NCBI RefSeq assembly: GCF_006345805.1
Contig: NC_043006.1
Span: 97,836,001 to 97,900,000 of the forward strand
Length of the DNA: 64,000 bases
Direction: 5' to 3'
DNA from: Octopus sinensis
Lineage: Eukaryota
Of the stretch, positions 52,521 to 64,000 are shown in pieces. How positions within the stretch are numbered: position 1 is the first letter of the stretch; each line of letters opens with the position of its first letter. Made by a program: the position numbers and the translations under genes. The notes beneath the pieces were generated by a model that had not been told where the DNA came from, made no database searches, and saw only the letters and a program-made list of their open reading frames with translations.

Positions 52521-53344
52521 ACGTACCTCTCTGTCTGACTATCTGTGTATGAATGTACGTATATATATATATATATGTATGTTCGCCCGATTTCCCTTCT
52601 CATCTATTATTTTCTATTCTTATAATTTTCCAATTCTTATGTTGTAATTTGCGCTGTAATTTATCATCATAGTAATTCACACAAAACTCATAATAGTGTT
52701 TTGTCAACCTCGTTCTCCCCTATCGTGCCATCGCCACCGCCTCCCCTACGGTTCCCTCCCAAATCATGGCAACGTCATCCTCATCATCATCATCATCCTC
52801 TTCGTCGTCCTGCTCCTCCTCATAATCATCATCACTACTATCGTAATCAATATCGCCCTTGTCCACAAACAAGACGTCCTTTACCACCCACCATTCATTA
52901 TGACGAGATGAAAATTGTAAAATCGAAATTGAATCGATAAACTTCCAGCTGTCTTGTACAGTCATTGGAAACCTAATGAGAGTAGAAAATCCTAAGAAAG
53001 TATTTGAAATAATTTATACAAATATACAAAAATAAAGAAAAGAAGAGTTCAGAATATTAAACGAAAAGCAAGTATGTATATTTGTTTCAGTGAATGCCTA
53101 CGTAGATATGTATGTATCTATCTAAATACCTATCAATCCGTTTCCCTTTTTCTACATAAAGCTTTGGGTCTGCGTACAATCTTCAGCTGAAATTTCAACG
53201 TCACTATCAAGCATTTCCTTGTGAACATTAATAAATATGTATTCCGTTAAAAGAAATATTGAGGAATCCATTTGTTGAACGGTAAGTGGTTCTTATGTAT
53301 TACTTCGCACACACAAATATTAATATAGGAGTGATTGTGTGGCG

Positions 53345-53660
53345 CCTTGTGGAAGTGTCGTCTTCTATAAACTCAAACGGACCAAAGCCTTGTGAGTCGA
53401 TTTGGTAGACGGAAACTGAAAGAACCCCGACGTATATATATACATGTGTATATGCTTGGGTGTCTGTGTTTGTGTCCCCACCATCGCTTGACAACTGATG
53501 TTGGTGTGGTTACGTCTCCGTAAATTCGCGGTTCAGCAAAAGAGATCGATAGAATAAGTACTAGGCTTACAAAGATTAAGTCCTGGGGTCGATGTATTCG
53601 ACTAAAAGCGGTGCTCCAGTATGGCTGCAGTCAAATGATTGAAACAAGTAAAAGAATTAA
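53345..53660 (+). mobile_element. SINE family A, 5'-truncated
   Basis: CCAAAGCCTTGTGAGT..GGAAACTGAAAGAA..GATAGAATAAGTACTAGGCTTACAAAG..GAAACAAGTAAAAG. Confidence 0.8.
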
Positions 53661-55029
53661 ATAATATATATATATAAATACACACACATATACGTATATA
53701 TATATACTACACCCACAGAGGTACGCGCACTCATACACGCGCGCGTGTACACACAAAGACACACATATATATATGGTGAGTGTGATGCTGCTGACATAAG
53801 CGTAAAATTGACAGGAACCGATTTAAAGCTGGGACTAATCTCCGACATCCAAAACCAGCGTAAGGTACTCTAAAAGCAGATGAGATGGCTTGAAATAAGA
53901 ATAAGTCCAAGCAGGTATCAAAATGTACAGATGGATAAACGACTGTAGGTAAAAGGAATGCATTTGTATGGGACGTACCATACATTTAGTGGATGTATGT
54001 AAACCTTTACAGCTGTTTCAGATATTTGGTGGTTGCTTGATATTCTAAAGCATGTTATGCGAACAGGTGCACATCATGAATCTCTATGACTAAAAAGCAT
54101 ATTATCATCACACACGAATCTTGATACGTGAGTACTTACGAGCAGCAAACATGGAACAGTATTTTCAGAAAAATGAATATGGTGTGTTATGGGAAGGACA
54201 ATATTCAAGATAAATATTGGCGTCGAGAAATACGATAATAAAAGAGCAAGACAGTGTTTAAAGAAGTGATTATTGAAAACATATAGAAGGAGAAGAGAAA
54301 CAAATAAAACGGGGGGAAGTATGCTCGTTTCCTTGGCAAAGAGAATTAAAGTCTGCGAGAAGAAGGAGATGTAGGTGACAAATTAGGGAGAAATAAACAA
54401 AGGTTAACAATATGAAGGTGTAATAAAAGGAAAGGAAGTGACTAGGTGAACAGTAAAAGAGATTAAGTAAATAAAGTAGAGGACAGAAACAGAATGAAAA
54501 GAAGAAAAGAGCAGACGAGAGGGCTAGTCGGTCAACATAGTCGTCTGACCTTCTGCAAGGAAGAGTTTATAGAAATAGTTAATGAGAAGCGGTGGGAAGA
54601 GTTAAATAATAAAGCCGAGAATGGTAAAGAAGCAACATCCTTATGCGTATCTCGAAAAGTACTATACCATGCTAATGACCTTGTCAAGTATAAGGTTGCT
54701 TATAATATGCCGCGCGAAACAGAAATAAAATAAGCAGAAAATAAAATCGTGACCTCTAATACAAATACCCGCCAAATGTATACAAAATTATTTTTAATGG
54801 CTTACTTACACGTTCCTATTTCGTTTCGGAGAGGGGCTCTGGTAATCATTACCAATTAGTATTGATAGGAAGATGTTGTTTGTCTTGAGGCAGATCAATT
54901 TAATAGGTAAGAATTATGAATAGATTTTACTTTGGGGGTAGACTTGAATGAAACGCAGTGTAGTAGAGAAGAGTAAATGATAATGAAAGTTAAAATACAG
55001 TATTTTCAAGAAAAATAAGTTATGATGGT

Positions 55030-55200
55030 TGTGATTTGCAACGAAATACACGGTAGTCTTCCACGAAGAAGCAGCTCATATAATAACTTGTATCGTATAA
55101 GATGCCTGCGCGGAACGGAATGGATTCGCGGAAAAGGCACAGAAGGCCAGGTTGGTGGCAGTGTAAAAAAAAAACGGATGACAGTAAAATAGGCGGAAAG
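55030..55200 (+). mobile_element. Possible degenerate GIY-YIG (PLE endonuclease) fragment
   Basis: NNLYRIRCLRGTEWIRGKGTEGQVGGSVKKKR resembles VY.I.C..C...YIG.T.R.L..R.KEH. Weak match. Confidence 0.3.
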
Positions 55201-56038
55201 TTCTTCCGATCCTTTTTTCCATTTTTCACACGGATTCCTCCAAAGAATTTCACTTACAGGGCTTTTGCAACCCATATCTAAGGCTTATGGTGCTGTTCAG
55301 ACGGAGAGCACAAGTTACCCTGTACTTTCAACACAAACTTCTTAATATTAACGATCTGTAGTGAGACCGTATTTCGTTATGCAATCATTATATACTACAA
55401 AGTACATTAAACATTTTTATAGATCAATACAGTGTTCTACTGTGTTGGTAGTGCTTTTAAATCACTTGTTAATGTTACCTCTATAGATTTTCTATAGATA
55501 GTTATAGCCAGCACTGATTTTGTTTATGACACATCAATGAATACGTCTAATAGTCATAGTTCGTTTTCACACATTCTACAGCGCCATTTTACACACTGCC
55601 TCAAAATCCAGCTGTACATTTATATGGCAAAAAAATCCATAGTAGAGCAATTCTACTCTTCATTATTAATTGCACTCCTTCCATGTTACCACGCTATGGG
55701 ATAGAACACGAAGTCACGCAGATGGGAAGGAAACTTCTTAATAACACAACCATATCTGTCCTGAATCCTCCCAGTTTACTTTCTTACGTTCTCCAGCAAT
55801 ATTTACAAACTAGCATCAAACAGATTTCTTTTAAACTAAAGAGCCTGACCAAAGTACGTTAGAAAACATCTCTTCATTGTCTGGACTAATTCGACTACAT
55901 CAAAGTTCATACAGGCGGTTGTATGGAAATGTTAGGAGAAAGTAGAATGTAGATAGTTGTGTCTTCTGATTTCCTGAGTACTGAGGCGGGCGTCTCTGCA
56001 CCTACATTTATTTCATAGTAACGGCTACAATATGCATA

Positions 56039-56106
<68 letters not shown>

Positions 56107-56126
56107 GTACATATGCGCATATATAT

Positions 56127-56159
<33 letters not shown>

Positions 56160-56161
56160 AT

Positions 56162-56194
<33 letters not shown>

Positions 56195-56224
56195 GTATCT
56201 ATACATTTCTATATCTACATGCGC

Positions 56225-56281
<57 letters not shown>

Positions 56282-56379
56282 ACGGGAAGCTTTATGAAAA
56301 TAAACAAAAGACGAAGGCAGGTGGAAAACAAACGAACAATTGTATTAGTATGGCGCTCAGGAAATATAAATAAAACAAG

Positions 56380-56417
56380 TCTTTAACGTTTCGAGCCTAC
56401 GCTCTTCAACAGAAAGA
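56380..56417 (-). ncRNA. Minimal hammerhead-like motif in the PLE terminal repeat, core variant CUGUUGA
   Basis: RNA reads UCUUU-CUGUUGA-A-GAGC-GUAG-GCUC-GAAA-C-GUU-AAAGA. Perfect 5-bp helix I, 4-bp helix II, ACGU helix III, with U in place of A6. Confidence 0.6.
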
Positions 56418-56574
56418 TACACAGAGAGAGAAAAACACAGAAAGAAGGAGAGAAAAAAAATGCGTGCAGTAGCTAACGAATCAACATGGCGATCTGATTT
56501 CGGCCAGAGGTCAAAGATCAAACATGAGACGCGAGAGCGAAATAAGGGGAGATAATAGGGTTGATAAACGGGTT

Positions 56575-57225
56575 GAGGGACCAGCTAAAAGTGCGTGGGA
56601 GGGGTCTGGATGTGTGTATGTATAGGGTTGGTGTATGTATTAGTATGTAAGGGTGTGTGTGTTGGTGTGTGTGTGTATGAGAGAGTATTAGTGCGTAGGA
56701 TTGGTCCTGGACGTGCGTATGTATGGGGTTGGTGTATGTATTAGTATGTATAGTATGTATTAGTACGTATTGGTATGTATAGGTGTGTGTGTGTGTGAGA
56801 GAGTATAAGTGCGTATGCGGGGTCTGGACGTGTGTATGTATAGGGTTGGTGACAGTATTAGTATGTACTAGTATGTATTAGTACGTATTAGTATGTATTA
56901 GTTGGTGTGTGTATTAGTATGGCACTCATATGTGATGTGATGTGTAAAGTCATGTGTGTAGTGAGGAAAAGAGGGGGAGGGGGAGAAGAGGGGGGAGAGA
57001 AGGGGAGGGGAAGAAGAAGAGGGGGAGGAGAGGGGGAAGAGGAGAGGATGGGGAGAAGGAAGGGGAGAGAGGGAGCAGAGGGAAGGGGAAGGGGAGGGAG
57101 AAAGAGGGAAGAAGGGAAGGGAGTAGGGGTGAAAGGATGAAGGACTGAAGAAGTAGGGGTCGGGGGAGAAAGGATAGGTGAGGAGGGGGGGAGGGGGTTA
57201 GATGAGGAGGGGGGGAGAGTTGAGA
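56575..57225. repeat. Minisatellite (GGACGTG.GTATGTAT.GGGTTGGTG..GTATTAGTATGTA x3) and G/A-rich polypurine tract in the PLE 3' UTR
   Basis: Direct reading. Many G3-G7 runs at 56960-57220 on the + strand give G-quadruplex/triplex potential (inference). Confidence 0.85.
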
Positions 57226-58129
57226 CCAAATGGCGTATAAGAGCGAAGAGAGAAGATTAATTCCTGTTCACGGCGCAAACGGGAATCCGGATGGCCTCTG
57301 TGTAAGGACAAACCGAACACAGATAGGTGTTGCAAGGAGTGACGGTGGAGCGGAATGGCGTGAGACCGGTGTGTCGTTCGCAAGGTGGATGTCACGAGGT
57401 GTTCCGCGAACCGGTCAGCCAAGCGGCGTCCCGTTTGTCCGATGTACAAGGAATTGCAGAGAGAGAGCAAGAGATGCAATAGATAATATTGCTGGAGGTG
57501 CAGGTGAAGGAGTGGATGATGGGATAGGGTCGATGGTGGGTGCTAGTGAGGCGGGTGGTGTTGGAGAGGTAAGGCAAGTGCGGCAACGTGGGCGGGAGCA
57601 GGGGAACGAGCCGGGTTGAGGTAGGGTCAGGAAGGAGCTATGGACCAAAAGGTCTCGAAGGGTGGGCTCGTTTGAAAGAGGGGAGGGGTCGGTTAGGGAA
57701 GAGGTGTGAAGTGGACGGGTCGGACTGGAGATGACGGAAAGCTCGAAGAATGGTGCGTTGGAGACGTAGGGTCGTGGGGGTGGTAAGTGAGGGGAAAAGG
57801 GAGGGGGAGACTACAGGGCGGGTTCGGGGAGAGAGAGCAGATACACGGTCCACGGACCGTGCTCTGGCAAGGGCGGTGTGGATAGTGGTGAGGGGGTATC
57901 CACGTAGGGTGAAGTGGTGAGCCATACGTTGAGACTGAGTCTCAAAGTCATGGTCGTCACTACAGAGCCTACGTAGACGGAGGAATTGGGAATAGGGGAT
58001 GGAAAGCTTTCATCCTATATTCTACCAATACCACTATCAACACTTACCTCTACCTTGGATTTTCTTTACCTCTTGGATACTTACCATCGGCTGCACCTCT
58101 CTTTCGCGGATCAAAGTGACCTTGCATTG

Positions 58130-58182
<53 letters not shown>

Positions 58183-58924
58183 TACACCACATATTATATA
58201 TATATATATATATATAAGTATATAATGTATATATTGTGTTATATATGTATATGTGTACGTATGTATGTATACGCGTGTCGATATTTATGCACCTGTGTAT
58301 TTGTATATACATACATACAGACATACAAACACACACACCACACGCACACACGCATATATATATATACACACACACACATATGTATATGCACTAGCATATG
58401 TGTGTGTGTTTGTGTGTGTGTATGTGTGCGTGTGTTTGAGTGTGTGTGTGTGTGTATATATATTTTTGTTTCTTTCTCTTTTTCACTGCTTTGAAATAGA
58501 CACACACAGCAAACACTCAACCCCTCTCTCTCTCCCTCTCTTTCTCTATTAACATCTCTTTTAATTCCCTTCTTCTTTCTCCGGTATGCTTCGTATCTCT
58601 CTGCTTATATCTTTCTGCTCTATGTCTAGCTCTGGTACATTTTTATTCATTTCCAATCATACAGAAAGGAAGTATTAGACGAGAAAACATTACAAACAAA
58701 CAATATTTTCTTTTAATTTTACATTCTATTTCATTGAACATCTGCCGGTTTTCGTTTTTCACCAAATTTCATGTAAATAAATTCTGCTTTAATTTTATTG
58801 CAAATGTTTAAAGAACCAAAATAAGATTTGTAAAACAACACAATTGGTTGTTTGTTTATCTTGAAAGTCATGTAAGTTATTGGCTTAGACTCAAATAAGC
58901 AAAAATAATAACAAAATGATTCCA

Positions 58925-58977
<53 letters not shown>

Positions 58978-59339
58978 AACGATCATGATGATGATGATGA
59001 TGATTATGATTATGATGATGACGACCGTGATGATGATGATGATAATTATAATTATGATCATCATGCAATTACATTTAATAATTTTAATAATGACGAAATA
59101 ATAATAATAATAATAATGATAATAATAATAATACTGATGATGATAATGATAATAATAATAATAATAATAATAGTAGTAATAATGATGATGATAATAACAA
59201 TAATAATAATAATAAAAATAATAAAAATAATAATAATAATAATATAAACAATGATGATGATAATAATAATAACAATAATATAATAATAATAATAACAATA
59301 ATAATAATAATATAATAATAATAATAATAATAATAATAA
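58925..59339. repeat. (GAT)n/(AAT)n compound microsatellite
   Basis: Direct reading. Confidence 0.95.
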
Positions 59340-59895
59340 ATGCCCTGATGCAGTACCAGGCAGTGGCTCTCATGGCTTCTGATCTTAACTGATTGGAAGT
59401 GTTATCATGTACATTGTTTTGTCTTGGTATAAAAGATGGGCTACAGCAAATATTCTGCTCAATACCACAGATTTGCTTGTCAGTTGTTTGACCTTAACCA
59501 GTTGAGCATGTCCCTTCGTGGCTGACAATATGTGCATCTCTGATCACGAGCAGAAGTAGTGGGGGAGCATCATAGCCATGTGTTGAGAGGGATTCTTTGG
59601 GGTTTGAATAGTTCACCTCTGGAAACATGGGTGGTTCTTTCAACATCTTTAAACAACCCTTATTCAGGGACCGTTTGAGCGGGATGGGCTACTCAATCTG
59701 AAGAAAATTCTAACTGGGCCCCACCTGCAAGGTCATGTGCTGTTTATCTTGATATGAGATCACCATGTCGCGCACATATGGTTGTGATGCATGTGCCTGG
59801 TGTACCTTTATCAGACGGGTAGTCATGATGGGTATATTGGGCTTCGTATATTTTACCCCAGTGTCACTTTGATGGCATGCACTGCTCTCTCACTC
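59340..59895. mobile_element. ~555 bp non-coding interspersed element in (AAT)n, copy 1
   Basis: Highly similar to 60405-60934; both ends abut AAT repeats. Confidence 0.8.
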
Positions 59896-59948
<53 letters not shown>

Positions 59949-60004
59949 TGATGATGATAATAATAATGATAAATTATTATGACTATCATGACGACGACGA
60001 TGAT

Positions 60005-60225
60005 AATGGTTTCAAGTTTTGGCTCAAGGCCAGCAATTTCGGATTGAGGAGGTTAGTCGATTGCATCGATCTCAGTACTCAACTGCTACTTAGTTATTTT
60101 ATCGACTCCGATTGAACGAAAGGTAAATTCGACCTCGGCGGTATTTGAACTCAGAACATAAAGACGGAAGAAATGCCACTAAGTATTTTCTCAGGTATAG
60201 TAACGTTTCTATCAGCTCTCCGCCT
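60005..60225 (-). mobile_element. SINE family E
   Basis: GGCTCAAGGCCAGCAATTT..GTCGATTGCATCGAT..TCGACCTCGGCGGTATTTGAACTCAGAAC. Confidence 0.8.
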
Positions 60226-60268
60226 TAACAACGACAAAAACAACAACAACATCAGCAACAACAACAAC

Positions 60269-60986
<718 letters not shown>

Positions 60987-61561
60987 TAATAATAATAATA
61001 GACAAGAGCTCAGAAATATCGAGTGGACGAGCCAAGTTCTTTTCATCGAACATACTACTTTACTGTAACAGTATCATATCGAAATCGATATAAAGTTGAG
61101 TTCGTAAGGCCAGAACATTCTGGGATATAATATGTACCCTGCATATAGAGGTACCGCTGAGAATATCCTTTGTACCTATAGAAAAACAAAATGTGGTTGA
61201 GACGGTTGAATGATGCCAGAACATTTCTTCTCAAACAAAATCCTTGTCATATTGCAGGGAACACTTGGAGAGGAAGGTAAAAGCAAGAAGAGTAATAGTA
61301 ACCTTCAGTGGTAAAGTGTGCGTAAAATCTTTGATAAAAATTTGCACAAATTTGCGAAGAATCGAACAGGACATATCAACCATATTGAGAATATTGAATT
61401 CTCAATTGGCTCAAACCCAAATATCAATAGATATCAGTAATCAATTGGAATCTATTTGAATGAATCATTAATGAAAAGTTGCATACATTTCGCAGCTATC
61501 ATTGGTAGTAGATCTGAGGTAGTAGATCTGAGGTGGGTTAAGAAAAGATCTGAGAAAAGTT

Positions 61562-61733
61562 AGGCGCAGGAGTGGCTGTGTGGTAAGTAGCGTGCTAACC
61601 AACCACATGGTTCCGGATTCAGTCCCACTGCGTGGCATCTTGGGCAGGTGTCTTCTGCTATAGCCCCGGGCCGACCAATGCCTTGTGAGTGGATTTGGTA
61701 GACGGAAACTGAAAGAAGCCTGTCGTATATATG

Positions 61734-61811
<78 letters not shown>

Positions 61812-61965
61812 CGTGTGTGTGTTTGAGTGTCTGTGTTTGTCCTACTAGCATTGCTTGACAACCGATGCTGGTGTGTTTACGTCCCCGTCACTTAACGGTT
61901 CGGCAAAAGAGACCGATAGCATAAGTACTGGGCTTACAAAGAATAAGTCCAGGGGTCGATTTGCT
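61562..61965 (+). mobile_element. SINE family A (3' end clipped)
   Basis: AGGCGCAGGAGTGGCTGTGTGG..CCGGATTCAGTCCC..GATAGCATAAGTACTGGGCTTACAAAGAATAAG. Confidence 0.9.
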
Positions 61966-63144
61966 CCCTCTGCAGTAAAGTTATTTCTTACTCATTTCTG
62001 GTCCCCAAACAACCTTATGCATAGTGAGGCATACGCGAAGGAAAACACTTCATCCTCAATACTAACCGCTACATAATTACACTTAATAACAGTCATTAGG
62101 TACTTTCACGCCGGAGAAACAAGTGTGAATATTTGGTTGATTATGAGTCCAATTTTCACTACAAAGTTTTCTTTAAACGCTTTTCAGACACTAAATTTTT
62201 GCCGATAGTTGCCATTTATGTGGGACATAGTTGTCAGGCCTTACTGAGAAATAGACCGGAAGGAATAGGATCTCATATAGACTTCTAGCAGCCGGTTTTC
62301 CCTTTCAATAAATGCAATAGTATAAATAGTATATGCGATGAACAACATTGATTTGAATGCTAAATTACATTGTGATTAACTATGTGTTATTAGAATGACT
62401 TTTCATTCATCTGTAAAATACGTCATCCCCCCACACACAAACAGTAGCGAAGGTAGCTAATGCTATTGAGATATAAACACGCTAATACGGTTGTTTAATC
62501 TCTACAAAAGCAACCAAATTTCCTTTGCGTGAAATTTCCTTACATTCTTAGACAATGGAATGGCACTTTGAATTTGAGTAAGTTTAAGGATATATATTGA
62601 GAAAATGGAATAGTCACGGTTAGCATTGCTGATATCTAAACGAGCATAACTGTCCTAGGTCCAAAAATGTGTAAACAGGTACAACTCCAACAAGATTGAA
62701 GGGATCGAGAGAATGTGGAGATATTCAGATTCGTATCACCATGGTCAGGTTCAAATTATCTCCACTGCTTGAGGTTCCATTTCTAATTACTTGTTGCATG
62801 GAATGATTGACAAATGCAACATTAGATTAGGTATTATTAGATTTGTTGCCAGATGGATACACATCTCAGGTATGAATATACTAGTTCTTCAGCCGTCGCT
62901 ACGCTGCCGGTAGAAATATTTGTTAATCGTGGACGTTCTATCTTTTAATAATAGATTGTTATATTGCGAAAGTCTCCTTCGTTACTATGGTGATTACCTA
63001 TCTGGCTATCTTTCACACACACACACACACACACACACGCGCTCTCTCTCTCTCTCTTTCTCTCTCTCTGTATTCCTCTCTCTGTATTCCTCTCTCAATG
63101 AGAACAACCTGATTTTATTTTCCTGAAAATTTTTAATTATCCTT

Positions 63145-63176
<32 letters not shown>

Positions 63177-64000
63177 CGCATGCTCTCTCTCACCTTCTCC
63201 CACTCTCTATCTGTCTCACTGAATTTCTCTCTCAACAACACGTCATTAAAAGATGTGTTTCATTGTCTCTATGTTGAAAGACATACAGAAACACACACAC
63301 AAACGCACATACATACATACACGTGCGCGCGCACATACACACACACGCTCTCACTCTCTCTTCTTCTCTTTCTCTTTCTCCCTTTCTCTCACACTGTACT
63401 TCTCTTTTAATAACCTTTTCTACTGCCCTTGTAAAAATACATGGTGACGTTTATTTTGATTCCTCTCTTTCTTCCTCCGCCCTTTAATGGATGTTGTGAC
63501 GGACAGACAGACAGACAGACGGAAATCTACTTCTCTTTATAATTTGAGATTTATGAGCATGATGACAACGGAAAGAATATCATTATAACTGCTCTCGTGA
63601 AAAATAACGATATACGACAAAAACAGCTGGAATAAAGATAAAGCAGCGAAATACAAAGAGCAAACAAGGACAACTACAACAAGAAAGTAATGACGACAAC
63701 AGAGATTTAAGAGAGAAATATTCCCTATTTTGGATTAAAACTTGGCTGAGCTTCTCTCTAATGAGCACCATCTGTGACATGTTCAGTACGCGTCTATATT
63801 TATATGGTTACAGCAAACGAATCATAAATTACTTAACTCGTACGATAAGAACATCAGAACACAGCATCGTCTAGATCAGCATACATTTCGACGAAACAAT
63901 GCTAACCTCAAAAATATCAACAAAAATATTAAGAGCATGAGCCACTGCGGGAGTTTCTATTTGATCTTTGATCACCTAAATATGAAACAGTAAAATATAT

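Larger units (their letters stand above)
56281..58001 (-). mobile_element. 5'-truncated Penelope-like element (RT thumb, Cys knuckle, GIY-YIG endonuclease, long 3' UTR/pLTR)
   Basis: IPYSQFLRLRRLCSDD..F..RGYP; GSFPCSRPRCRTC; FTCTSSNIIYCISC..LYIGQTGRRLADRFAEH..REQELIFSL..PFGLN. Several frameshifts. Confidence 0.9.

Noticed and set aside
54494-54733. 79-aa purine-rich ORF
   Set aside because: No recognisable domain or splice support; a length expected by chance.
56888-57229. Pro-rich and Gly/Arg-rich ORFs
   Set aside because: Translations of the polypurine/polypyrimidine tract in the PLE 3' UTR.

Overview
AT-rich, microsatellite-dense eukaryotic intergenic or intronic DNA made almost entirely of transposable elements and simple repeats. 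The repeat style suggests a coleoid cephalopod such as Octopus; this is an inference and no database was searched. No host protein-coding gene can be confidently supported, and most ORF-track entries are microsatellite artefacts. Supported content: several tRNA-headed SINE families (my labels A, B, C, E, H), three 5'-truncated R4/Dong-type RLE non-LTR retrotransposons each in (AAT)n, two 3' fragments of an L1/Tx1-type element ending in (TATC)n, an RTE 3' fragment with C2H2 fingers, several Penelope-like element (PLE) fragments, a mariner 5' end, two non-autonomous Helitron-like elements and several fold-back palindromes. Best lead: a tRNA-headed (Pol III) SINE carrying a minimal, dimer-type hammerhead ribozyme motif in its sense strand. 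It occurs as a head-to-head inverted pair (15853-18426), and the (AAT)n linker of one copy has been invaded by an R4/Dong element and another SINE. A second hammerhead-like family with a non-canonical core (CUGU at positions 3-6) lies in the 3' terminal repeat of a PLE (56380-56417).
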